Below, piece after piece: positions 46,196 to 55,285 of a stretch of 64,000 bases of DNA. Below the pieces are notes generated by a model that was not told the origin of the DNA, searched no databases, and saw nothing but the letters and a program-made list of their open reading frames with translations. Position 1 is the first letter of the stretch. Each line of letters opens with the position of its first letter. Source of the DNA: an uncultured Gammaproteobacteria bacterium. GTDB lineage: Bacteria > Patescibacteriota > Microgenomatia > Daviesbacterales > UBA10151. The position numbers were made by a program, and so were the translations under genes. The DNA lies in assembly GCA_964636275.1 (NCBI GenBank), contig CAZWRN010000001.1:22070-86069 (forward strand). The letters are read 5' to 3'.

Positions 46196-47140
46196 TCAAC
46201 TGAGGGGTTGAAGATTGATGAACTGGACTTCAACATCTAGCCTGACTCCAAATTTTTCAAACACCTTTTCAGAATAATCCCGAGCGAGATTCCAAAAATC
46301 TTTAGCTGTGCCGTCTCCTAGATTGATAAACAAATTGGCATGGTAGGGGGCAATTTGGATATTTCCCAGTTGGGCTCCTTTGGCTCCTACCATTTCTAAA
46401 AGTGTTCCTGCTGGAACTTTTCCATAAACTATTTTCTCCTCAGGTATTTTTGATTTAGCTTCTGGTGATAGTTCACTGGCGACAATATTTTTGAAGAAAC
46501 TGCCTGGACACATGATTCCCGGAGGGTATTTGGCTTCGCGTTTTTTGATGGTTTCAGCTGATTCCTGAGTTAATTGATCAGTATTGCCAGGTGTTAAGAC
46601 TATTTCAATCTCCAAAATATATTCATCAGAAAAATAATAAGCGTTGGATTTTGCTTTTTTAAAATAGCTATCCCGATAACCAAACAGACATTCATCTTTG
46701 GAAGAGGTGATGGTTTCTTTTTTAATCCGGTTGTACCAGAGGACTTTAGTCAGATGATCTGAGATGGATTGGCCATAGGCGCCAGCGTTTCCATAAATAG
46801 CGCCACCAATAGTGCCTGGAATCCCAGCTAGTTTTTCTAATCCGGCCAGCCCATGTTGATTGGCGTAGTCGACTGCTTCCTGTAAAAGAGTACCACTTTT
46901 TATTTTGAGTGTATTTCCAGATTGTTCGATCCCTTTGATGTCATTTTTGATGATGACAGAATCACTGCCTTCATCTGAGCAGAGTAAATTGCTGCCCGAA
47001 CCGATCATGACAATCAAATTTTTCTCGGCGATTTCTGAAGTGACAGTTTCGATGAGTTGTTGGGCTGATGAAACAGAGATGACTTTTTTGACCGGACCGC
47101 CGATATGAAGAGTGGTCAGCTCTTTGAGATTTTGGGTCAT
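46196..47140 (-). CDS. murB: UDP-N-acetylmuramate dehydrogenase
   Basis: TTLHIGGP, IGSGSNLL, GLEKLAGIPGTIGGA..GNAGAYG, FGYRDS.FK, GSFFKN, HAN..IN.G. Confidence 0.96.
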   Translation of the reverse strand: MTQNLKELTTLHIGGPVKKVISVSSAQQLIETVTSEIAEKNLIVMIGSGSNLLCSDEGSDSVIIKNDIKGIEQSGNTLKIKSGTLLQEAVDYANQHGLAGLEKLAGIPGTIGGAIYGNAGAYGQSISDHLTKVLWYNRIKKETITSSKDECLFGYRDSYFKKAKSNAYYFSDEYILEIEIVLTPGNTDQLTQESAETIKKREAKYPPGIMCPGSFFKNIVASELSPEAKSKIPEEKIVYGKVPAGTLLEMVGAKGAQLGNIQIAPYHANLFINLGDGTAKDFWNLARDYSEKVFEKFGVRLDVEVQFINLQPLS

Positions 47141-47237
47141 GTATGAATTGTATCACTTCAGATTGATCATATGGTATAAACAGACTGTAGATGATGGGAA
47201 ATTGAGGATAGATATATTTTCTGTTGTCGATTTTCTT

Positions 47238-48104
47238 ATGGAAAAGGCAATTTTAAAAACACTGGTTTACGCTGATTTATTTGACTATCCTTTACTCGCC
47301 CAGGAAATTCATAAATGGCTGATAGGCCGGCAATCCAGTATAGAACAGGTCGATAAAATCCTTATCAGGTTAGTAAAAAATAAAAAGATAGGTTTCAAAA
47401 AAGGAGTTTATTTTTTAAAAAATCGATCAAAGCTGGCGGATATCCGGCATGAAAGGGAGGTCATCTCACAGAAGTACTATCAGAAAGCGGTATGGGTAGC
47501 CAGACTTTTTAAGATCGTCCCCTGGATTCAGTTGGTTGGTATTTCTGGTAGTTTGGCTTTGCGCAATGCAGATAAAAAAGCGGATATCGATCTGTTTGTT
47601 ATAACCAGAAGAAAAAGAGTTTGGTTGTCCAGGTTACTTTCCGCATTTATTTTAGAGTTGCTGGGCGTGAGGCGAGCCCGTGAGGCTTCAGTGACAGAGA
47701 GTGCTGGTAAAATCTGTCTTAATTTGCTGATTTCCGAAGACGCTATGCTTCAGTCCACCCACAATTTATATATCGCTCACGAAGTATTGCAGATGAAAGT
47801 ATTATGGGAAAGACAAAAAACATACCAGCGATTTTTAGAAGCCAATGAATGGGCGTTTGAATTTTTACCAAACTGGATTGGGATGACTGCGGTAGAAAAA
47901 AAGATTGGCAAAGGGATTAAAAAACAGTGGCGTTTTTTTGATTGGTTGGAATATTTAGTTGAGGTATTGCAAAGAAGATATATGGGGCGGGTGTTGAGGG
48001 AGGAGAAGGTTGGTCATCAGATGGCCTATTTTCACCCCGATGATGCAGGTGAATGGGTGATGAGGGAATATAGTAAAAAAATTATAAAGTATAAAGTATT
48101 ATAA
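47238..48104 (+). CDS. Nucleotidyltransferase-domain protein
   Basis: YADLFDYPL, GISGSLA...ADIDLFVIT, KICLN. Start corrected to MEKAIL. Confidence 0.8.
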   Translation: MEKAILKTLVYADLFDYPLLAQEIHKWLIGRQSSIEQVDKILIRLVKNKKIGFKKGVYFLKNRSKLADIRHEREVISQKYYQKAVWVARLFKIVPWIQLVGISGSLALRNADKKADIDLFVITRRKRVWLSRLLSAFILELLGVRRAREASVTESAGKICLNLLISEDAMLQSTHNLYIAHEVLQMKVLWERQKTYQRFLEANEWAFEFLPNWIGMTAVEKKIGKGIKKQWRFFDWLEYLVEVLQRRYMGRVLREEKVGHQMAYFHPDDAGEWVMREYSKKIIKYKVL

Positions 48105-48206
48105 AGTATAAAGTATAAAGTATAAGCGAAGCTTTCATGCTCCGCATATAAAGTATAAAACGGAGTTGCTAGGTTTTATAATTTAGACTTTATCCTTTAT
48201 CATTTC
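48081..48206. repeat. Periodic (7-nt) palindromic element, AAAGTAT family
   Basis: (aaagtat)n ... tttataa-tttagac-tttatcc-tttatca; supplies the last codons and stop of the upstream gene. Confidence 0.8.
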
Positions 48207-48830
48207 TTATTCTGCTAGGTGGGCAAAGTCGTTGACGCTTTTTACCCGCCAGCCTTTATCCTGATTAAACGTACAAACAGAAATAGCGGTATTATCTATC
48301 GACATTCCATGAAATGAGTCATCAAATTGCTCGATTCGGAGTGTGTCCTTTAAAATAATCAGCATTATAACCATCTTGATAAAGACGCCGTGTGATACAA
48401 CCACGATATTTTCTTCTGGTCTTTTTTCAAGCATCTGTAAAACATCTGCTGCTCTTTTTTTTATATCAAAAAAATTTTCTTCATCTGAATGATGATGTTC
48501 CGGATCTGGATGCGTATCTAAAAAATGGCGGAGTTTTTCTAGTTCTGGATCATCGTAAGGTTGATTGTGAAATGAAGAAGGTCTTTTTCTTTCTACCAAA
48601 GAATCCATCACCTGCATTGGTTTGCCAGTAGCTTCTTGAATTGCTTTGGCTGTTTCATGAGCCCTGGTGAAAGAGCTTGCCAGGATTACATCAAAATCCA
48701 CATGAGTCAAACGCTCGGCAACAATCTTGGCTTGTTGCTGTCCCAGTTCAGACAGTTTTACATCTGCACCTTGATAATTTCTGGCAACATTGTTGACGGA
48801 TTCGCCATGGCGAACGAAGTAAATAGTCAT
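48207..48830 (-). CDS. Histidine phosphatase family protein
   Basis: YFVRHGES, SSFTRAHETA, VVSHG, NDFAHL. Confidence 0.92.
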   Translation of the reverse strand: MTIYFVRHGESVNNVARNYQGADVKLSELGQQQAKIVAERLTHVDFDVILASSFTRAHETAKAIQEATGKPMQVMDSLVERKRPSSFHNQPYDDPELEKLRHFLDTHPDPEHHHSDEENFFDIKKRAADVLQMLEKRPEENIVVVSHGVFIKMVIMLIILKDTLRIEQFDDSFHGMSIDNTAISVCTFNQDKGWRVKSVNDFAHLAE

Positions 48831-48940
48831 GAAAGAAAGTATAAAGGATAGATTATAAATTATAAATAAGAATTATGAATGGATATTTTCGATTTATGAT
48901 TCAAGATTTACGAATATCCTAATACTAATTAACTAACCCA

Positions 48941-48982
48941 TTGGCAGCTCTTGACAATGATTGCTAATTTATTGTATATATT
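48941..48982 (+). promoter_or_regulatory. Degenerate CIRCE-like operator overlapping the -35 of the groES promoter
   Basis: TTGGCAGCT-N9-GATTGCTAA versus TTAGCACTC-N9-GAGTGCTAA; TTGACA at 48951. Confidence 0.55.
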
Positions 48983-49033
48983 CACTTACACAACTGCCTC
49001 AGACTTTTAGTTCTGAACTTCTTTTAAAAAATT

Positions 49034-49354
49034 ATGGCTAAAAAAAATATTGAAGAGACCAAAAAAGTTTCACTTCGCCCACTCATGGGGTATCTTTTAG
49101 TAGAGCCTGTAGCAGCTGAGACGAAAACAGCTTCTGGGCTTTATTTACCAGATAGTGCTCAGGAAAAACCAGCTGGCCAGGGTGTGGTTGTAGCAGTTGG
49201 CACAGATATTATCGTCAATGGTCAAACATTTACCTCGCCGGTCAAAGTGGGGGAAAAGATCGTCTATAAAAAATGGGGTGGGGATGAAGTTAAACTCGGT
49301 GGTGTGGAATACAAACTAGTAAAATTTGAAGATGTGATGGGGGTATTTGAGTAA
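49034..49354 (+). CDS. groES: Co-chaperonin GroES
   Basis: LRPL...LLVEP..AETKTASGLYLPDSAQEKP, VKVGEKIVY.KWGG.EV. Confidence 0.96.
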   Translation: MAKKNIEETKKVSLRPLMGYLLVEPVAAETKTASGLYLPDSAQEKPAGQGVVVAVGTDIIVNGQTFTSPVKVGEKIVYKKWGGDEVKLGGVEYKLVKFEDVMGVFE

Positions 49355-49686
49355 TGAAAATTGAGCTTAGATCTCAAAGCATGGGATTAGTTGATGCTTT
49401 ACGAAAGCCTATTCTAGATCAGCAATCACCAGATCGAGATTTTGTACAGAGAGCTAGGACTCGAATTGATGTGATCAATCAAAAAGCTATAATGATGACC
49501 GAAGTATTAGGTTTACCTCCTGAGTTTAAATATGATGTAATGGCCGGAGTTAATACTCCTGCATTATTAGATTCTCAGTTATCAATGATGGTAGATGGTC
49601 GGTTAACTCGATTAACTCCCGAAGGAATTAGTGCTTTGAATTTTCAGCATATGAGAATGGGAAGAACAGGAGGCCTAACAGAATAA
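49354..49686 (+). CDS. Hypothetical protein between groES and groEL
   Basis: 110-aa ORF; TAATG overlap with groES and a 1-nt gap to groEL. Confidence 0.65.
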   Translation: MKIELRSQSMGLVDALRKPILDQQSPDRDFVQRARTRIDVINQKAIMMTEVLGLPPEFKYDVMAGVNTPALLDSQLSMMVDGRLTRLTPEGISALNFQHMRMGRTGGLTE

Positions 49687-49687
49687 T

Positions 49688-51319
49688 ATGGCAAAAATAC
49701 TTAAATTTGATGCAGAGGCACGAGAAAAATTGTTAAAGGGTATTAATACCCTGACTGACGCAGTTGCTGCGACACTTGGTCCAAAAGGACGCAATGCAGC
49801 GATCGATCGAAAATGGGGTGCGCCAAACGTTGTGCATGATGGTGTCACTGTGGCTAAAGAGATCGAGTTAGAAGATCCATTTGAAAATATGGGGGCACAG
49901 ATCCTCAAAGAAGCAGCTTCCAAAACCAATGATATTGCTGGTGATGGTACGACCACAGCTACTGTTTTAGCTCAGGCTATCGTATCTGAAGCTTTGAAAA
50001 ATATCCAGGCTGGTGCCAATCCAATGGTCTTAAGACGAGGAATAGATCGGGCAGTGACGGAAGTAGTTGCTGAGCTAAAAAAGATGAGTAAAAAATTGGT
50101 AACTCCAGAAGAGATCACTCAGGTTGCAACTATTTCGGCTCAAAATGAGGAGATTGGCCGACTTATCTCAGAAGCAATTGCCAAAGTTGGTAAAGATGGT
50201 GTTATCACTGTCGAAGAAGGCAAAACCATGCAGATGAGTGTGGACTATAAAGAAGGTATGGAGTTTGATAAAGGTTACCAATCACCTTATTTTGTGACCG
50301 ACTCAGACAAAATGGAAGCTTCGATGGAAGATGTTCATATCCTGATCACTGATAAAAAGATCTCAGCGATGGCGGAGTTTATGCCATTTTTGGAAAAATA
50401 TGTTCAGGTATCAAAAACCCTGGTTATCATTGCTGAAGAGGTCGAAGGTGAAGCTTTGACTACCCTGATCCTCAATAAAATCCGTGGTTCTTTCAATGTC
50501 TTAGCTGTAGCTGCTCCTGGATTTGGTGATCGCAGAAAACAGATGCTGGAAGATATTGCTATTTTAACGGGTGGTACTGTTGTCTCAGCCGAGACTGGTA
50601 TGAAGTTTGAAGATATTGATATTGAAAAAGATCTCGGTCGGGCAGGCAGGGTGACTTCAACCAAAGATTCTACTTTAATTGTGGACGGTAAAGGTAGTAA
50701 GAAAGCTTTGGAAGCACGAATTGCTCAGATCAGACGAGAGCTGGCTGCGGCTGATAGTGAATTTGATAAAGAAAAGTTGCAGGAAAGATTGGCTAAATTG
50801 ACTGGTGGTGTAGCAGTACTCAACGTCGGTGCAGCAACTGAAGTTGAGATGAAGGAGAAAAAAGAGCGGGTGATCGATGCCGTATCTGCAACAAAAGCGG
50901 CTTTGGATGAAGGTATTGTGCCTGGTGGAGAGACTGCTTTACTGCGGGCAATGGTTGCTTTGGATAAAGTTAAAGTAGCTGATGATGAAGAACAGCTAGG
51001 AATTACTCTGGTAAGAAAAGCTTTGGAAAAACCATTTAGAAAGTTGCTACAAAACGGTGGAATGGATGAGGGTGTTGCTTTAGTTAAGGTTTTGGAGAGT
51101 AAAGGCAATATGGGTATTGATCTGATGGATGGTCAGTTGAAAGATTTGGTTAAAGCGGGTGTGATTGATCCTGTCAAAGTGACCCGAAGTGCGCTGCAAA
51201 ATGCTGCATCAGTGGCGATCATGGTGATGACTACCAATGTTTTGATCACCGATGCTCCGGAAAAAGAAAAAGGTTCACCAGCCATGCCAGGTGGTGGCAT
51301 GCCAGGAATGGATTATTAG
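49688..51319 (+). CDS. groEL: Chaperonin GroEL
   Basis: [42 protein letters not shown] tail. Confidence 0.99.
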   Translation: MAKILKFDAEAREKLLKGINTLTDAVAATLGPKGRNAAIDRKWGAPNVVHDGVTVAKEIELEDPFENMGAQILKEAASKTNDIAGDGTTTATVLAQAIVSEALKNIQAGANPMVLRRGIDRAVTEVVAELKKMSKKLVTPEEITQVATISAQNEEIGRLISEAIAKVGKDGVITVEEGKTMQMSVDYKEGMEFDKGYQSPYFVTDSDKMEASMEDVHILITDKKISAMAEFMPFLEKYVQVSKTLVIIAEEVEGEALTTLILNKIRGSFNVLAVAAPGFGDRRKQMLEDIAILTGGTVVSAETGMKFEDIDIEKDLGRAGRVTSTKDSTLIVDGKGSKKALEARIAQIRRELAAADSEFDKEKLQERLAKLTGGVAVLNVGAATEVEMKEKKERVIDAVSATKAALDEGIVPGGETALLRAMVALDKVKVADDEEQLGITLVRKALEKPFRKLLQNGGMDEGVALVKVLESKGNMGIDLMDGQLKDLVKAGVIDPVKVTRSALQNAASVAIMVMTTNVLITDAPEKEKGSPAMPGGGMPGMDY

Positions 51320-51347
51320 AAATTACAAAGTATAAAGGATAAAGTAT

Positions 51348-51373
51348 AAAAGTCTCCGCAAGGAGGCTTTTTT
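51348..51373 (+). terminator. Intrinsic terminator after groEL
   Basis: AAAAGTCTCC-GCAA-GGAGGCTTTTTT, preceded by an (aaagtat)n tract at 51321-51350. Confidence 0.85.
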
Positions 51374-51414
51374 GTGCTCTTGATTCCTACTTAAAAATCT
51401 ATACAATACCTCTA

Positions 51415-53343
51415 ATGGCTTTGGGTCAAGAACACTCTTCAAATGGCCGTCCGCATATATCTTCAGACACCGAGCCTTTAACCAACTTTGCGCAATATGG
51501 GGCGTTAAGATCATCTGGATTAATAGTTCCGATGAACTCTCAACAAATTCTTTGGAAATCGTTGACTGCAGGTGGAGTATTTTTGAGAGATTCAGGTTTT
51601 AATGATTTAGGTGTTTATAGAAACAGAAATAGTAGAAATCAAGTTTTTGGATCTGAATATACTATTCATGCTACTGCTGAAGCTGTAAAGGTGGCCGCCT
51701 CTAATCCCGAGCATGATAAAGGGCTACTATTTTATGGACCAACAGGGTCTGGTAAATCAAATATAGTTGATATTACTGTTAAATCAGTTGAGGCAACAGC
51801 ACCGAAAATACCAGGTTTGTTGGCGATTAAGGATTGCCCAATTAAGGAAGATCCGGATCATTTACTAAACTTAAAAAACGTCTCAGGTCGAGTTAGTTCT
51901 GATGTAAAACCACATGGTGATTTGTGTCCTTGTTGTCAAATTAAATATGAAGGTCTGTCTGCTGAAGAAATAGATGCAATTCTGTTAGCCCCACTAAAAT
52001 TTAGAAGTCGCACAGGAGAGCAAATTGTAAGACTTCAGCCATCTGATACTCAATTTAAGGATAGTTTAGAAGGTCTTGATCGGTTGGTTCAGTTGATTCA
52101 GGCTGCCAATAGAGGTTTGTTAGTGGTAGATGAAATGGGTGATCATCCATTTAGTTTTTTTCATCATATAAAGGACTTGCTTCGTGATGGAGATTTGAAA
52201 TACAGAGGAATGGTTTTCCCGATGGACTTGATGATGATTACCCACACTACCTCTCAAGAGTGGAAGGGGTTTTCTGATAATCAAAGTAATCGTCCGGTTA
52301 TAGAACGAATACAATCGATCCCTGTTGCATACAACTTAGATAAACAAGCTGAAGTGCAAGTTTATAACAAAGGAATAAGTGTATTGGAATCGCCACCTCA
52401 TATAGCACCTAATACATTGGAGACCTGGGCTGAACTGGCTGTTTCAACTAGAATAACACCAACATCTAGCACCTTAGATAGTCGCTACAGGGATATTAAA
52501 AATAGTAGATCTTTCTTGCTAGGAGAATTAGCAAATTTAGGAGATCATGAAGCTACGAGAAGAATAAAAGTGGATTTATATAGTGGAGAAGAAGTACCAG
52601 GTTTTAAAAAAGGAGATGTAAAAGCGATTCAGGAGGAAGGTATTATCAGTTTGGAAGGTATGACTGGACTATCTCCGGTCGCAGCTAGGGGTTTGTTAAT
52701 TGAAATGATGGGACAGCAGGGGAAATGTATTTCACCTAAAGATTTATTTTTTGGTATATCTGAGCGTTTAAAACAGGGGGGGAAGCCAGGTTATGTTGAA
52801 AAAGATAAATGGAATCCTGTGATTTCCGCAGTGAAAAAAAGATGGGAAGAGGGTCTTCAAAAAGTAGTTTTAGGAGCATTTAGGGATGATATGTTGAATA
52901 AGATCAATACTAAAACTACAGCGTATATTGAGGAATGCGAATTATTGCTTGGGATGGTAGATCCAAGGATAGACAGTAATGGTGAGAATATACCAGCAGA
53001 TATCACATTCATGACAAATATAGAAAAGACTATATTTGGAAAAGTTTTAACCAATGAAGAAAGAGGGAGTATTTTAAGAGGTTTGCCTCGTAAAAGTTCT
53101 CAATCTGCTGATAAAACTCCGGAAAGAGCAAAATTTGATCAGGGTATTGAACAAATTGTACTGGAAGAAGGTTCTTATAGACCTCAAGATGTATTAAAAT
53201 CTTTTCCACGAAAACAGAAAGAAGTTGGCTATATTGAGGAAGCAAGGCAAAAACTCGTAACAGATAAAGGGTTTTGTGTACATTGTGCGACAGAGTCTAT
53301 TGATTATGTAGCGCAGATTCTGCGTCAGTCTTCAGATAAATAA
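51415..53343 (+). CDS. PrkA/YeaG-like AAA+ protein
   Basis: FYGPTGSGKS, CPIKEDP.HL, GDLCPCC, ANRGL...E, V.YNL...EV.VY, IAP.TLE, EGM.GLSP, GFCVHCA...I.YV. Confidence 0.8.
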   Translation: MALGQEHSSNGRPHISSDTEPLTNFAQYGALRSSGLIVPMNSQQILWKSLTAGGVFLRDSGFNDLGVYRNRNSRNQVFGSEYTIHATAEAVKVAASNPEHDKGLLFYGPTGSGKSNIVDITVKSVEATAPKIPGLLAIKDCPIKEDPDHLLNLKNVSGRVSSDVKPHGDLCPCCQIKYEGLSAEEIDAILLAPLKFRSRTGEQIVRLQPSDTQFKDSLEGLDRLVQLIQAANRGLLVVDEMGDHPFSFFHHIKDLLRDGDLKYRGMVFPMDLMMITHTTSQEWKGFSDNQSNRPVIERIQSIPVAYNLDKQAEVQVYNKGISVLESPPHIAPNTLETWAELAVSTRITPTSSTLDSRYRDIKNSRSFLLGELANLGDHEATRRIKVDLYSGEEVPGFKKGDVKAIQEEGIISLEGMTGLSPVAARGLLIEMMGQQGKCISPKDLFFGISERLKQGGKPGYVEKDKWNPVISAVKKRWEEGLQKVVLGAFRDDMLNKINTKTTAYIEECELLLGMVDPRIDSNGENIPADITFMTNIEKTIFGKVLTNEERGSILRGLPRKSSQSADKTPERAKFDQGIEQIVLEEGSYRPQDVLKSFPRKQKEVGYIEEARQKLVTDKGFCVHCATESIDYVAQILRQSSDK

Positions 53344-53365
53344 ATGGTGTATTATAAGAGAATAG

Positions 53366-53956
53366 ATGAAAAAAGTTCATTATAAAGAGCCGTCGCATAA
53401 AGATAAAAAAGCTTTTGGAGCTTATTTATCTGAAGACGAGGAGTTGGTGCTGGCGACAGGATATGGGGCCAACTATCTTCGTCATCAGTTTGCTTATTTC
53501 ATGATGATTCCAGGGGGGATCTCCTGGTTGATTGGTGCTGGGCTGGCCTATTTTTATCAGTTTAATTTGGGATATGGATTGTTGGCTGGATTAATTATTT
53601 CTATGATCTATGCCTATATCAAAGTTGTTTGGCTTTATCATGCCAACCGTTTTCTGCTTACTACCAGAAGAGTGATCATCAAGCAAGGCGTGATTGCTGT
53701 AAAACTTAAATCAGCTTTGTACGATAAAATTACTCACATTGAAGTAGATCAGAGTTTGTTTGACAGATTGATTATGAAACACGGAAATGTACTGATCCAT
53801 ACTGCTGGAGGAAACAATGACGAGATCAAAGTTCTAAATATTGATGAGCCGATCGAATTTAAAAATTTACTTGAACGACTGATCAACAGAGAAAGAGAGC
53901 GATTTGGTGGGGCGACTGGTCCGGTAGTGACTTTGGAAGGTGAACTGGTAGAGTGA
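53366..53956 (+). CDS. Membrane protein with bacterial PH (bPH_2) domain
   Basis: Two TM, then FLLTTRRVIIKQG...YDKI..IEVDQS...G.V.IHTAG. Confidence 0.85.
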   Translation: MKKVHYKEPSHKDKKAFGAYLSEDEELVLATGYGANYLRHQFAYFMMIPGGISWLIGAGLAYFYQFNLGYGLLAGLIISMIYAYIKVVWLYHANRFLLTTRRVIIKQGVIAVKLKSALYDKITHIEVDQSLFDRLIMKHGNVLIHTAGGNNDEIKVLNIDEPIEFKNLLERLINRERERFGGATGPVVTLEGELVE

Positions 53957-53961
53957 GTAAC

Positions 53962-55188
53962 TTATTTAAGATTTAGGAAAGATAATAGGTCCAAAGAGAT
54001 TCTTCCTCCGGTTGGGACTTCTTCTTTAGCTGGAATATTTGTCACAAAGTTGAGAGTATTTGGAGTATTATTGGTTTGATTTAATAAAGTTGAAAGATTG
54101 GTCTGAGCAATTGTTTCAAATTTCTGTTTTTCTTCAGCACTTCTAGACTGATGCATAGAGAAAGCCAGAATACTATTAAAGTTTTCTTTAGCTATATCAG
54201 ATGGAATTGCGTAATTAGCCAAAGTTTTTGGTAGACTGTCTGTCAAATTGAGAGATAAATTATCTTTCAACTCTGGGTTTGATGGGGTGACAAGTGCCTT
54301 TAAAGTAGTTTCAGATATCTTCTCGGGTGTTAATTTTTTATCTGCTTCCTCTTTTTTGGCTTCATCACTAACTTCTGATGAAGCAGATGCTGTATTCTCT
54401 ACTATGCCGGTGAAAATATTGGCACTGGTAGAAGCTTGTTCTTCAGTTGGAATGGCGATAGCCGATGCCGTTGCTGATTGATAAGTGATGAAATCTTCCT
54501 CTTTTGGATAGTTACGGATCTCAGGGAGAAGAGGTCGTGGATCTACTTTTTTCCCAGCGTAAGAAAGCTCTAAATGAGTGTGTGGACCCGTGGTATGTCC
54601 GGTCATTCCGACCTCACCGATCAGATCATCAGTATTTACCTCTTTACCTTTGGTGACGTAGATTTTACCCATATGACCATAAGTAGATTTATAGCCATTA
54701 CCATGATCGATCTCAACCATCAAACCCAATCCCCAGATGTTGTAACCGGCTTCAGTGACTACACCTTTACCGATTGGTTTGATTGGCATCCCTAAACCAA
54801 TACAAATATCGATACCAGGATGGTATGAAGCAAAAGGTGTAGTGATGTATCCGGTATGTGGTAGCTGGAAGTTGGTAGGTGGAGGTGTCGGAATAGGGGC
54901 AGCTGATGGTGATGGTGTGGCTGAAGGGAGGGTGCTTTGAACCTGATTGATGACTTGGTTGACGGGTGCAATTGGTGTTTGGGCAAAGGTAATAGAACCG
55001 TTTTGTAGGAAAAAAGAGAAACAAAAAACCCCCAAGGCTGTTTTAGCAAAAATTTTGCTAAGTGCTTGGTTCCTGGTGGCGCCCAGATGAAATGACGTAA
55101 CAATCTTCGCCAAAGACTGTTTAAGGGCGGGCAGCTGCTTGTATGGATAACCCCAATGGAAATCCACTCTGCTTAGTCCGTTGACCAT
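53962..55188 (-). CDS. M23 family metallopeptidase
   Basis: YHPGID, IDHGNGYKSTYGHM, GMTGHTTGPHTHLE; start uncertain (ORF track gives 55254). Confidence 0.88.
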   Translation of the reverse strand: MVNGLSRVDFHWGYPYKQLPALKQSLAKIVTSFHLGATRNQALSKIFAKTALGVFCFSFFLQNGSITFAQTPIAPVNQVINQVQSTLPSATPSPSAAPIPTPPPTNFQLPHTGYITTPFASYHPGIDICIGLGMPIKPIGKGVVTEAGYNIWGLGLMVEIDHGNGYKSTYGHMGKIYVTKGKEVNTDDLIGEVGMTGHTTGPHTHLELSYAGKKVDPRPLLPEIRNYPKEEDFITYQSATASAIAIPTEEQASTSANIFTGIVENTASASSEVSDEAKKEEADKKLTPEKISETTLKALVTPSNPELKDNLSLNLTDSLPKTLANYAIPSDIAKENFNSILAFSMHQSRSAEEKQKFETIAQTNLSTLLNQTNNTPNTLNFVTNIPAKEEVPTGGRISLDLLSFLNLK

Positions 55189-55285
55189 CAAAAAACCCAT
55201 CATACTCTTAAGCATGATGGGCAGAAGCGATACTATAACACATATCAGGCTCAAAAGTCAAATTTAGGGCTTCCTAGCAGGGTGA

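Noticed and set aside
3173-51350. Periodic palindromes as ordinary intrinsic terminators or classical MITEs
   Set aside because: AT-rich long arms without a GC stem plus U-tract; also found between divergent genes and inside CDSs; no consistent terminal repeats, target duplications or transposase seen.
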